A stretch of 64,000 bases of DNA from Phoronis australis (taxonomy: Eukaryota > Animalia > Phoronida), in assembly GCA_002633005.1 (NCBI GenBank), contig NMRA01000618.1:181312-245311 (forward strand), written 5' to 3'. A program made the position numbers and the translations under genes. The notes beneath the pieces were generated by a model that did not search any database, was not told where the DNA came from, and was given only the letters and a program-made list of their open reading frames with translations. This document shows positions 50,287-63,010 of this stretch, one piece after another; the first letter of the stretch is position 1; every line of letters starts with the position of its first letter.

Positions 50287-52373
50287 TTATTCCCCTTTGT
50301 AATCTTTACAATAACAGTACAATCTTAAATTTTTGTCTTTTATACACAGTGATTGATCGCCATACTTGTTTATCCTGTTTATGTCACCAATCACTGAAGA
50401 CTTCTTCATCAGTTCAGGAGATTTTAGATCAAGCGGAAGTTTAACATTGGCTTCGAACAAAGCACGGCCAGGAAGCGTTTCAAAAACCACCATATTCGTA
50501 GTCATATTTGGAGTCTTGGCTAAATTGTTATCGAGATTTTTCCCTCGATCACCATACTGGAACGCTGAATGGATTTTACTAAACTTTAGTGTTTCGCACA
50601 AAGCACTGTGTGGCTCTAGTTTGCTCTGGATGTGTTTAAGTGCTTGAGTAGCAGCTTTCAAAGCTTTTGGAGAGTCGACGTCAATAGGATAAAGCTCGTC
50701 ACATCTGCAGTATGTCTCGGGTACACCGCATGTCTTACACTCTCTGTCATCTGGCACGGTGCCAAATAAGCTTAGCCCCCTTTCGTCCTTTTCGTAATGG
50801 CGAGAGGAAAAGTTATTACTAACAATGTCCATCAGAGTGGCATGTATATCATACGGAGTCGTTAGGCGGTTTGCATTTTCCCGAACGTTTTCAATAGCAC
50901 CAGGATACGATTTCCGAAAAGTTTCGGGAAAATGAATTGCCATAAGTGGCAGCGCATGTTCCGCCCGACCAATAGGAGTCTGTCGTATTGCACTGTATCT
51001 GTTTCCATGGTCACTTAAAAACATGACAATTACATTCTTTAGGAATCCATTTTCATGTAATGTCTTAAAAAACTCATATAAATAGTCATCTGCAATCTGA
51101 ATATCATTCAGACTGTAATGGCTAAGATCATTCAAAAAGCTGAAACTGAAATAAGCAGAATTCGCGAACTTCTTCGTGAACAGCTTCACCCAGTCTAACA
51201 TGAACTGAAAAATAGTTTTACCATTAAAACAGCTTCCGGACTTAATACCTTGTTGTTTCATAATTTTTACTGTGGCGTCGCGCTCCTCCCAAAATGGTCG
51301 CTGGTAGTAGTCCGTGGGGGCCTTTGTAAAGCCACTCGTAAGGTAATTGAACGTGGCATAGAACTGATCTTCGGTGTACAACGTGACGTAATTGTTTTCA
51401 GCAAACCTTTTCCATATAAAAGGTATTGTAGTAGCAAGGCGTCCTCCTTTTTTCGGTACTTGTGATTCGTTTTTTCCGCAGAGCAGTGGCACGAGATTCG
51501 GGTAAGTATTATCTCCCACAGCGTTGTAACCAGTAAGCGTAACGGCTGCCATCTTTTTCGTGAAATACTCGTACGTCTTCGGTAGCTGGCGGAGTGCATT
51601 TGCGCGCGACAAACCATCAAAACCTATCATTAGAACGCTGTACAATGTCCTTGCTGCTGCTGGATGTTTCTTCTTGTCATTGTTTACGTCAGTTTGAATA
51701 CTGTTCATCTTCGCTACAACACTTTTTTTGTCCGATATAGTAGCGTGTAAATTGATATAAACTAAGTTTTTCTCGACAAAACATCTTACGCGAGTGAAAT
51801 CCGTAGATATTTTTACTGCTTTGTCTGGTACTAACGTAGTATCAATTGAGTGAACACGCTTGTTGTCGTTGTCCCTAACAAAGGTATTATAAGAGCATAT
51901 CGAATTCGCACTACCTATTAGCGAACGCAGTCTTTTGGAATGTAAAATCAAGTACCCTGTATCGTTGACTTCTGAAATGAGATATTTAGTTGGTTCGCAA
52001 TTTACTTTTTCAACTTTTTTAATAAAACGAAGAACCGACTTATCGAAAGGGTCAAATCTTGGCGTTTCACAAACCAAGGACTTGTTTACATTTACTCCAA
52101 ATCCTTTACCAACAGTTGCTAGACTTTGTGACGTAATTTCCCTGCCGAATGTAGTATCCGCTAAATTGGACCTCCACTTCCCAAAAGTTGTGATCCGCCA
52201 GTTGTCCGTTGACATGCTCTCGTAAGATTGGCAGCAGTTTGCACGTGAGACGTGATTGGTTAATCTTGTTTTCAAATGTTTGAATACGACGGGTCCTTGG
52301 AAATGGGTCAAGACTATCATTGTAACCAGGGTCAACGTGACAACTGCTATAAACAGCTTGGTCTTGTAAGTAC
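50287..52373 (-). CDS. DUF229-family (alkaline phosphatase/sulfatase-fold) type II membrane protein, main coding exon
   Basis: Intact ~690-codon frame from acceptor tttacag| at 52373. N-terminal TM segment LFIAVVTLTLVTMIVL; motifs SVLMIGFDGLSR, GYNAVGDNTYPNL, NDLSH, LSDHGNRY, RLTTPYDIHATL and RINKYGDQSLC...YCYC. The ATG exon was not located. Confidence 0.9.
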
Positions 52374-53388
52374 CTGTAAATTGAATAAAAGGCCGTTAGT
52401 ATTGGTTGATTACACAAACAGCACTATTGCATGTACCCTATCACTTCAATGGACGCTGTTTGAGTTTGTCACCAGTTTTCCTTTAACATCAGTTTGAAAC
52501 TTTGGAGCAAACCTCGGTATTACACCAGGCAAATCTCATCGTCGACACTCGCGAATGAAAGCCAGTGTGAACACGTGTTTCTATTGTAATAGAGAGCGAT
52601 ATCTCACGAAGACTTGCGTGATCTCGCTTGCTAGACAGGAAACTTTCTCTGCGGAAAGTAGCCCCAACGCCAGAAATTTGTAACATTCTTCATCCGCTAG
52701 GTGACGCTTTGCGCTATGTCCCTAACCAATCATAAGAACGCATAGTAAGGTTAAAGGTCAGGAAGCTTGGGCGCTAGTACCGTGAGCCCCACTGAAGTCA
52801 ATATAGTCTGCAGAGCAACACTTGTCAAGTTTACAATAACAGTCTTTGGAATTTCTGGAATGCCACAGTCTACAGTATGACAGTGCTAGCTCTAGGCCTA
52901 CACATAAGCACAACAAAAGTGAATTGAACACCAGCCAGCCGGTGTGTGCTTGCAGCCTTAAGCGGGCTGCCAAAGCGCTTTTTATTAATCTTCAGATGTT
53001 TGCCAATACATATTTGTGTCCGGAATCCACTCCAATGTAACAGTATTAAATTTAAGGCGAATGCAACCTTTTTCCATGTCATTTTGAGCTAAAATAAGGT
53101 TGGTTGGTTATCCTAGACATATTTTCCACTTAATTACATCTTTTCGTAATTTTATTAATTACTCGTCCGCTACTCCGGAAGTGACGTTTTAGGAGGCAAG
53201 CGTTTCCCGCCACTTGGTTTTGCGTTGAGTTTACCGTGCGAATCTGTTCTATTCTACTTTTGTTTGGAGCTGTTTTTCAACAATTGTCGCCACCACTTTC
53301 CATCGGCGAGTATTCTGCGGCAAGATAGGTTAGTAGAGAACTCAACTACGTTGGATTTAGGGATTGTTTAGCGTGTTGTAAGCTGAAA

Positions 53389-53655
53389 ATGGCTGGAGTA
53401 GGTAACCCGTATCACTGTGACAGTAGTGTGAGTGACGGAGACCTTGTTCACAGCAGTGACGAGGAATTTTTTCACGGACATTCAGTGGGTGGGTACATGT
53501 TTGAGCCCGAGTATAACGAAGGCAGAGTACGCACAGGCACAGGCAGCTGTTGAGAGAAACGAAGCGGCTACTGAGGACAGACGTGGTGACATATCTTGGT
53601 GCTAATGCACTGTGTGCGTTGTTATGCCTACGTTTATGGAATGCTTGTGCTGTTC
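53389..53655 (+). pseudogene. KolX / P2X7-ballast-like Cys-rich ORF, 5' fragment
   Basis: MAGVGNPY...GGYMFEPEYNE...(frameshift) RGDISWC*CTVCVVMPTFMECLCC. Confidence 0.7.
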
Positions 53656-53729
53656 GACGAGGCCAAGCCACTACTGGGCACGGTTAAGTGGACCTCCGGC
53701 ATACCACGGACAGAAGGAACAACTGTCCC

Positions 53730-54473
53730 ACTTGCCAGTGTCCCGCGACACACTCCCACTGGATGGTGACCTGAGCACCCAAACTGCTTACATCGTGTCG
53801 TGTGACTCCTTCGCCACACACCTGGCACCTTCTAAATAGCTCCAACACTTTAGACAAGTCCATAATAAACTTATCAAAGTTTGGCTCACCGATCTGTTCA
53901 CTGGACGACGAACTGCCCTCTTCACTGGGTGTCGAACTGGGCTTGTAATCACTCCCACTACTCAATATCGCTGAAGGGCTGCTTAGAGGCTCTGAGCTGG
54001 AGAAAACAGCACAGGGCGAATCACTACTGGTTCCAGGAATGGCACGCTCTGGGGGTACGTTCGGAGGCACGGGTGACAGTAGATGAAGTGCCTCCACTGG
54101 CTCCAGTCGCTGTACTGGCCACAGCTCGCGAGGCTTCTCGCTTCAAAAACGCACTTCTCGGGGGTGGAGACGGGGCACTGCCGGGAATCAACTAAGACGG
54201 AATGGCATCCTTCTTCTGGCGTTGTTTCGCAGGGACCTTCATCAGTTCAGCGTACAAATCCCTTTCGTAATTGAACGGCAGAAAGTGTTTGCCACACACA
54301 CGGTAATTCTCGACTGCTTTGTACGTTGCGTGGACGGGTAACGCTGCGTTCTTCACACGAGTGAGCCAAGTGCGGCGAAGTGTGTCATCCATCGGAAAGC
54401 GATGCTAAGGTACTCCCAAAGCGCGCGTGAGACGATAATTAGTACATCCCGATACGCAGCAACAGTGCGGCAA
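53730..54473 (-). pseudogene. THAP-domain transposase, 5' fragment
   Basis: PHCCCVSGCTNY...*HRFPMDDTLRRTWLTRVKN...VCGKHF...KKDAIPS, then KFIMDLSKVLELFRRCQVC...WECVAGHW. Confidence 0.8.
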
Positions 54474-55696
54474 ATACAACCGAGGTAGAACAATGACTGA
54501 GTCAGCAGCTCTCACAGTCAGACTATATGAAAAGAAATTGGCGCGAAATGCTTGCCTCCTGAAACGTCACTTTCGGAGTAGCGGACGAGTAATTAACAAA
54601 ATTACAAAAAACTGTAATTAAGTGGAAAATATGTCTAGGATAACCAACCAACTTTATTTTAGCTCAAAATGACATGAAAAAAGGTTGCCGTCGCCTTTAC
54701 GACGAAAGGACAACGTTCTGTGGATCACAAAACGAAACAACATTTTGAAGATAACCAGTATCAACTACATGTATACTCACAGGCGAAAAACCTGCATAAA
54801 ACTGTATGAAATCCGACTTTTTTCAAACTTCGAAAGTATTTCTAAACTCATACCGGATGAGAAAATGATTCTGAGATAATCTCTCATCTATACAGAGTGC
54901 AAATTCCATTGCAAGACAGCCGGGCGATCGGCAACATTTAATCTCACAGCACTGTACGTGGATCCATTTTATGAACACAAGAGACGTGGAAAATTTTTCG
55001 AAAAACAGCATGAAATTTGGACCAGCAACCTATGAGTACTCCTGGTAATCACCTCCGCTATCGGCAAATCCGATGGCAAAATGAATTCAGCCACAAACTT
55101 GACTTCAAAATGAGCTATGCGCTCAAATATGGGCTTCCGGACTATCGTTAACATAGGCCTGAATGGGGCAAACTTCAAACTTCAAGAGACGTGGAAAATT
55201 TTTGACCAATGACGCTGATATTTGGCAGTAACAAGTCTTAACATACACTCTATGCGACAGGCTATCGGCAAATTGTGTGTAGTGCATGTTACAAATTTCT
55301 GGCGTTGCAGATAGAACTACACCGCAAAGCAGAAGAAAGGGCGCAGTTGAAACGCGAATGAACGCGCAATTGTTCGAATTGGTTTAAAAATGCTGATTTA
55401 AACAAACGCAACCCAAAATGTATTGAAAGGATGTGTAACTGAGCCTGTCGAAGCCATACTACCGTGGCTAGACATGACCTGTCCTCGAATACTGAAGATG
55501 GCCTCTGATGCAAAATAGTTTACGCGCGCCATTTGCACTATATCTGTCAGGACGAGAGCGATTTCAAATCCAAACCAAATTTTGTGATTCTAAAGGGAGT
55601 GCGTGTCGCTGCTGTCTCAGTGAAACTCTGTTGAGGAGGTTCATACTGGAAAGCAATCTCTGGCTGCTCAGGCTATCGTATGAACATATTTCTTGA

Positions 55697-56222
55697 AGAG
55701 GCAAGGAATGCAAAACTCGTAAAAATCACAGTAATCAGATCGTTGAGCATATACTTCTTAGGGGATGCTAACGTAAGAGTTGTCCACTTTGAATATTGCA
55801 AAAGTGTTTAAAAGAAAGCGTGAAATTCACTACTTTTGAAGCACAGACAAAATAAAAACTCTTTCATACCTATACACCTTTCAAATTCTGCGCCCAAATA
55901 ATAAACATAATAATAACTGAATGCTGCTCAAAATCACCATCGTATTGTTTACATCAAAGGTCAGAGGTCACATTTTCAATGATGGAAATCTGCTACGTCT
56001 TTGTCTTGCCACAGCATTTAAAGACGTGCTTTGCTGTGTAGGGGAAAATGCCCAAAGTGACGAGCAGTTGACAGGTCTTTTTGAAATGTGAAACTAAAGG
56101 AAGAATGCATTGACATCAACATAATCTTTACAAGCACACTGTTAAAATCTCTGGTGAACAATCTGAGCACTGTTTCAACTCTGAGTAATGCAATTTAGCA
56201 TGTTTTCACGTTCTATGCCACT
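55697..56222 (-). mobile_element. Kolobok-type MITE (same family as 62215-63010, opposite orientation)
   Basis: Ends ...ttctatgccact|ttaa. Internal aagtgacgagcagttgacag is the reverse complement of 62376-62395. Confidence 0.6.
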
Positions 56223-56581
56223 TTAAAGCATACCGTAAGCGGTATGTAGAGTTGTCGCTACTCTTCTAATTTTTTTTTGTAAATGACCCAATTATCACAG
56301 ATGCAGATTAGAAGAAATACAAACCATTTTTATTCATTATATTAAAAGGTTCCCATGCTTTAGGTAGAAATTTTTCTTAAAAAATGACATTTGTAAAGAT
56401 TAAACTGATTTACATGTTGAGCAGTAGATGGCGCTGTTAACAACAATATTAGCTAATCAGTTTTACATATCTTCCGCGAGTACTACAGTGGCGCAAGAAA
56501 ACCAAGGAAAACCAAGTTACGTTTCACAGAGAGCAGTATCGTTCACATTAGTCCTAGCTTATAAGCAGACACGGTACTCGA

Positions 56582-56644
56582 GTTGTTGACCTTATGTCTG
56601 ATCATGAAAAGGCAGACAATAAAATGTGTCTGCATGCAAAACAC
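56582..56644 (+). pseudogene. Tiny Academ XPG-domain fragment
   Basis: VVDLMSDHEKADNKMCLHAKH resembles the HEEADT...LHA.H motif. Confidence 0.45.
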
Positions 56645-58793
56645 GTACATGTATATGATTGTTTCCTAGGGTTTGGAAAATGACCGAGTGGTTGAGCATT
56701 TAACCAATGAAGTGTAGCCTGGAATTACGAAAATGTGTATATTTAGCTCGGTTGAAAAAATGAGGCTCTGTTGACAGATCATTGTTCGGGGCAACGTTTT
56801 AAAGAGATGTCTTGTGTTAAATTTCAGTTAGTACACATTTTAACGAAAATGATGCAATCTGCAAGCAGTGCCATCACATTCTATTATGAATTGCCGAAGA
56901 CAACTGAAATTGTAATGGGTGAACGGAAAAAACAGGACGGAGGATGCCCCAACTTGGACTTCAGTGTTGCTGGGACATACCCAAATGAAATAAATTCTCG
57001 GCAGGATATCGTAGCAGTAGTGCTAGATAATATCTATGATAACCTAACGTACACTACTGAATTATAGATACATAGCAATTGAGCAAAAGTTAAAAATAAA
57101 CTTGAGTCTGCGAAAACATCAGTGGGTACTTCTGAATGGCTTGCGCCTTCATCAACAGTTAAGTATTGCACGGTCGTTCCCACTAACATAGTTCTTTTTC
57201 AAAACTAGAATTAATTTCTTACGACTTTCGCTTCTTTTCTCAAGCATCGTTATTCTTCTCTTACTAACACATTTTGAGAGCATCTTAAAAAGGAAATATT
57301 GGTTGGCAGCCGCAATTCTTCTCCCATGACCTGGCTACCTGTTATCACTTATAAATGACCTCGTGAACACATCCCCTTTCTCACGAGATGGGAAAATTGC
57401 GAAAAATAGAGGTATTAAAGGAGAATGCCACCCGACTTAAATAATTTTTTTACCGTCTTAATCGGTCGAAAACCAAGTCACCTCGTGCAGTCGATCTTAC
57501 CTCGCCGAGAGGTGTCGCGTTAACGCGTGAAGAAGGTGAGAAACGACGCATCGACGTCAGTGGTTCTTCTGCAGAGTGAGTGCCGATATGGTGACAGGTG
57601 TGGTGTAACGTTCCCGCTTTTGCGAACTATGAAGCTGCGAGGATAGCGGGGGTATATCGTTTTTCGATTTCCTCAAGAGCCCATAATGCTCTCGGAAGTG
57701 GCTTGCGGTAGTGAAGAATGAAAAGTACGCCGTTAATACCAAGTATGAGGCCGTGAAACTTCTCAGTGTCTATTAGTGGCCTGCATTTTGTCGGATCGGT
57801 TGTTGATCGATTTTTGATTATGGAGAATTATAATTGGCCATGAAAACATTAACAATTAATATTAATTCAAGGTATGAGAACATAACGTTTTATATAGCCT
57901 GTTTGATGACCGATTCGTTCGTGAGGCTTCTGTTTGGTCCTCTGGGTGTAGGATGTTTTTGCCAGTTCTTTTTCTCAGCCATAAAAAAACGGCATAAACA
58001 CAGCACTGTTTAGATGCGGTGCAAAATCACGATGGTCCGTAAGACACATCTGCGCTTCTCCCAGAAGGCGTTTACTTACGGAATTGCGTGGCAGCAAATG
58101 CAAGCGTCAGTCGTTCCATTACCGTGCAGTTAGCTCACTGACCCCACGAAAAGTCATTCAAACGGTTTTCGGAACCTCTCTATTATTCCTTGATCAGTGC
58201 ATTCCGGTTCGAACTGATAGCCTGTGAAACCTAACGGTAAGCTGTGAAGTCTTCGTCGGATGAGCGCTCGTCTAAGTCGGGACTGCGAGTTAACGTTTTA
58301 TAGTGCGTTCTGTTTCAAAATGAATTATTCTCACCCTAACCAACGATTATTTAAAACTGAAACAAAGTCTGTCTCATTAGACACACTTTGCAATGCCTTG
58401 GAGTGTTCGTGAGTGCAAATGTTTTGGGAAGCCAGCAATGAATAAATCTCTGCGCTACCGACTTTAAATGCAATAAACTAATTGACCGGGCATCGAGGCC
58501 ATGTGAGCGCATGCCGATCCAGTGTCTGCCGACAGAAAGCTGTTGTGAAACACAATCATTCTGTTTTACATCCTATGGTCAGATGTTAGGGGATCTTTAT
58601 TTAGATATTCCTCTACATTTTTCGAATCATTGTTACTGTACAGCTTATGCCTGGACGGTTCTACGGAAGGGTAACCTGACTTCGCAGCCCCCGACGAGCT
58701 AGTAAGTAGATTTACAGCTTCGCGGCTAATTCACCAAAATAATCACATGCCTATTTTTCCTTTGGCTCACTTGTATAGTCTAGTTTACACGGA

Positions 58794-58876
58794 GTCATTC
58801 GTGGTGTAGTGGTTAAGGTCCTGGACTCAAATTATCTGTAGTTTCTGAAATCGTGGGTTCAAATCGTGCCTCGGAC
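58794..58876 (+). mobile_element. tRNA-derived (SINE-like) Pol III promoter head
   Basis: A box tggtgtagtgg (58802-58812) and B box ggttcaaatc (58856-58865), with gtc...gac acceptor-like ends. Confidence 0.65.
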
Positions 58877-58937
58877 AAAAGTCACACCATGAGTGTACTA
58901 CCACATATCCGTGCTCGTTCTTCTAAGAACGCGGGAA

Positions 58938-58980
58938 CAACTGACGATGGCCGGAGACAAGACCGACCGAAACGTCGTGA
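58938..58980 (+). ncRNA. Minimal hammerhead ribozyme motif (Penelope-like-element type)
   Basis: CTGACGA(T)-GGCCGG-agacaaga-CCGACC-GAAA-CG-TC: conserved core, stem II with one mismatch and a palindromic ACGT stem III. Confidence 0.6.
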
Positions 58981-61900
58981 CAGTGTAAATAGACAACAGG
59001 TCGGTGTAAATTGACCAAGAGATTTTAATAATAGTTGTAACACGTCACCACCTTAGAGCGATTTTAGAAAAAAGTAGTCTTTGACTAGTTTAGTTTCCAA
59101 CTTCGGCTGGTTTATGTTCGTGATGTCTTCAGTCCGGTCGCAATGGGCCTGATCGGGTTCCGAGCCACTGGCCGGGAAAGCAAGCGTTTTGTGTGTTTAG
59201 AACTGAAAAATTGCGTCTGAAATTACAGCAAACAGCTATCATATTTCACGGACGAATAATTTGAATTTATCGCCGAACAGACCCGAAACTCCCTCGACCA
59301 GGCTATTTGGTAAATTGGCCTACCGAACATTTTGGGCTACGGTACGTTCAAATACTAAAAATCCGAAACAGCGAAATTAAATAACACGTTGGTTCATTAA
59401 ATTGGTATATTTTTAAGGGTTTTACATCGAACTTTCATAATTTATTGGTGCAAAACAATGAATTAAAGCGATAAACTGACAACAGTAAGCGTGTTGTGAA
59501 CTGCTGAACAGACTGCATTCAAACCTCTGACGTCATTGGTTAATTTCAACAACTCCGTCTGCCGTCAGGTAAAAGAGCTGTGAACTTGCTGTTATCGAAT
59601 GAAACTATTCGATCTAATTTGATACAATCTAGGTTGTTTTTGGGTGGCATGCTCCTTTAACTAGAATGCCCGTATGTGAATCATGTGGCATCCTCTGCAC
59701 TCAGGCTGAACAACTTCACATGTTTGGTGCCATCCTTTTCTAGAGGATATTGATAACACTTGTGAGCCGTGCCATTTTTTGAAGTCAGATATTTAAACGC
59801 GTACACCACGGTTACAGCTAAACAGCAAACACCATCTGTGTTGACACGGTGCTGTCGACTTTTTATCGAGCATCAGGTTCAAGTGTGTCACCTTGCTATT
59901 AGTCCCAATAAAAATACACGGGTCGACCTACTAACACAAATTAAACCCGTGGATAACACAACTCAATGTCGTCGTGTTTTAACAAAAAATAGAAATGAAT
60001 TTTAGAAAAAAATTCACCTCACAACAAAGGCGAAGCCCCTACAGTTTGTACTTCACAAACGCCAGGCAGGTTTACCCTATACCGTCAAACTTTCAAATTA
60101 CTTCTTCAAAGTGCAAAGAAATCATACTTTCCACAACAAAAACAAGATATTTGATAAAACATCAACAGCTCAATAATTTAATAATTCGTTTAGATGTATA
60201 TCGGGCCATCGCTAGCTAATCATTTACATGTACCAATCAACTCACACATTCAATATGGCGCTTTCGTAAACAACATTGCACAAACAAAATTATGTCTCAA
60301 AGTAATGGGTTTGACATTTCTGCCAAACTCGAGAGGTTCATTACCCTGATCATCACCCACTAGCCTACTATTATCACCAGCCAATGTTTTAACGCAGTTA
60401 GGCCTACTCTACTTTTAAATATGGAAATCTTGAACGGGCGTGGAAATATAGAACGCAAGCAATTTTAAGTCTGGTCTGCAACAGAGACAGTGTAATCAAT
60501 ATTTTTCTCACATGACGTGTTAATAACACCGTGTACATAATTTTTTGATATTACATGGGAAAATCACAAATTAGTGGAAAGTAGGAATCCATAAGCCTTA
60601 CATTTTATGGTCTGCAAAACACTAGAACAACCAAACGAGCGCCAACGAAACAATGCCGGAATTCCGAAAAGGTGACAAGGTTATGATTGACAAATCGGGT
60701 GTCGCAACTGTACGTACTCCCAGCAGTCTCAGTTGAAGGACAGGGAAAAAAAAATTCTTAAACGGATCCATTTTCGGCGGCGAATTCCATATCGACGTTC
60801 ATTCAAACGGACATGAGCCCCAACTCAAGAAACGCGGCGAGACTAGACTGTCTAACTGTGCCGTCTCAAGGTCAATTCAGTGCTAACGTGCGGGGAAGCC
60901 TTGCAGACAGTTATTTATGCGCATTTTTTAAGTTTTAATATTACAACTTCAAAGATTATTTATTAGATTCTAACTTGAATATTTGCTACGAAAGCTAAAT
61001 GCAAATTAAAACTATAAACAAAAAGTAACTGAATTACTTTACATTGCGTAGGCGTGTGAGTACAAAAGTTGCGTAATGTGGTTGAAAGTTTTAGGCAAGT
61101 CGAGTTTTTCGTCAAAAAAGATCGTTTTTACGATCCATGCGAGAAAACAAATCCTACACTGGTCTCAGATTGGTGACATGGGCAAAACCTCTTGGACATT
61201 TCGTCAAAAGAGGTTTTGCCCATGTCATAAACCTGAGACTCGTGTAGCATTCCCACGAGGGGATAATACTAGTAAAATAAGAATAGGAAAATTAAAACTT
61301 TTGACGTTTCATTTCTATTAATAGTAGTGTTAGTAAACTTTAAATAACATTTTGCAGACGTGAAGCAAGTCGTCTAAAAAGTGGAAGGGGGACCTCCCGG
61401 TCCTCTCGTTAATATATCAGCTGAATTCCACGTACATCGATCAAGCACTAGGTAGAAAGCAAGGTGGACGTCAAATAAGTATAGATGCCACTGCAAGTTG
61501 CATCACTGTTATGTCCAGACAATGCTATATCGTGTTCGAAAATTAGGGGGCGACGTCTTATCAGTAATACAATGGCAATTCCAGAGACAAAAAAATAAAA
61601 CTAAGACAACATTAACACTTGCGGTCTCATCTGAAAGGCCATTCTGTCAAGTTTCGTAACAAGGCATAGCACTCACTTGACCTGACAAGTACCGTTCAAT
61701 CCTTTACATGGACGTAATGTATGAAGATGTGTCACAGTGCAACAAGGGGATGCTACAGAAGTTCGATCCATCTAAAAATTATCGCCAGTCACATTCTCCT
61801 CAATAAGAACATATAAGCCAAACCTCATGAAGATTCACCGAGGACCTTGATGCATATTGAAACAGGAAACAGCAGTTGGATCTCTACGAATAAACGCAAT

Positions 61901-62214
61901 GCCAGCCGTGCTCATCTGAATAGAAACACATGTGCGAAATTTCACGACGATCCTTCACGGTTTGGGAATATTGAGGCGGACGCCAAAAGCAGACACAAAT
62001 AACAACAGATGGCCGATGGGAGCACGGCAGACCCGCTCAATCTAATGGAAAAAATGTCAATATGAGTAAACCTTTTGCATTGCAAACAGCAAAAGAGGGT
62101 GATAAATATTGTCCTCAAATGTAACTGAAACTACGTCATAAAAAGTAAATCGACAATTATTTATACCCCATCTTAATACGAACAGCCATATTTCAACCTC
62201 ACTTGGAATATTAA

Positions 62215-63010
62215 AGTGGTCCGGAATGCGAAAAATGGGACTAAATTGCAGTATTCAAAGTAATTCCCTGCCACTGAAACAGAATTCAACATGCTCACCC
62301 GGTATGTTTACGTAAAGATTTTGAACTTCTGTTCACAGAAAAGCATTTTTTTAAAATTCAAATTTAAAAAACGATCTGTCAACTGCTCGTCACTTGGTTG
62401 ATTTTTCTACCAAAAGGCAAAGCACGTTTCTGTATTTGGTATGGCAAGACTTAGAAGTAGCACATTTCCCTTACAGGAAAAATGTGACAGTTGCCCTTTA
62501 ATTTAAAAAAACAAAGGCAACTTCAAGGAGTCAATCCTATTAAGATGCAATTGATGTACGTCTTAAGTGACTAACACTAGTTAAAAAGGTATCCTAGTAT
62601 TCAAATATATTGTAAAATGCTCTTGGAATTCTTTTTTTGGAAAATTGCTTGCTTCACTGGCTTGCCTGATACATGCACCGTGCTGTTGAACTCAGAATCG
62701 GGGTGCGATCACTCATGGCAATCTCCCGCTAATATCTATCGTCTCAGTCAGCTGATTGCCGAATGACTGTGAGCGCATGTGCGCATTGATCATAAAAGGG
62801 AAGGAGATCAGGTTGGGAAGGAGATTAGAAACTCTGTGGTTACCACAGGTTTTTTCCTTCAAGCGTATTTCAAAAATCGTGAATTTTGCGACACTTTTCG
62901 TATTTCCTCTTGGGGGAAGTGAATGACTCTGTACTAGACGTTGCGAGATGGTACTTTCGTCAAGAATTGTTTAAAAGGTATTTAGACGAGCTTTCGCGTT
63001 CCATGCCGCT
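62215..63010 (+). mobile_element. Kolobok-type MITE
   Basis: ttaa|agtggtccggaatgcgaaa ... tttcgcgttccatgccgct|ttga. Confidence 0.65.

Larger units (their letters stand above)
53055..54696. mobile_element. Kolobok DNA transposon, internally deleted, ~155 bp TIRs
   Basis: aggcga.tgcaacctttt.catgtcattttgagctaaaataa...ctactccg.aagtgacgttt.aggaggcaagc is mirrored at 54540-54696. Flanks ttta and ttac are degenerate TTAA. Confidence 0.85.
57419..59656. mobile_element. Kolobok DNA transposon, internally deleted, with intact TTAA TSDs
   Basis: ttaa|aggagaatgccaccc ... gggtggcatgctcct|ttaa. THAP remnant on + at ~57587-57790 (FRFPQEP..RKWLAVVKNEKYAVNTKYEAVK...GLHF). KolX-like remnant on - at ~57915-58290 (GYQFEPE...NRLNDFSW.Q*ANCTVM..ACICCH...CLTDHRDF...LN). 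Confidence 0.8.

Noticed and set aside
50366-52497. Plus-strand and alternative-frame ORFs overlapping the DUF229 gene
   Set aside because: Shadow ORFs without motifs.
61677-61918. Two short minus-strand segments bounded by AG/GT that look like exons
   Set aside because: No recognisable protein motif and no demonstrable link to a gene; could be UTR exons or chance.
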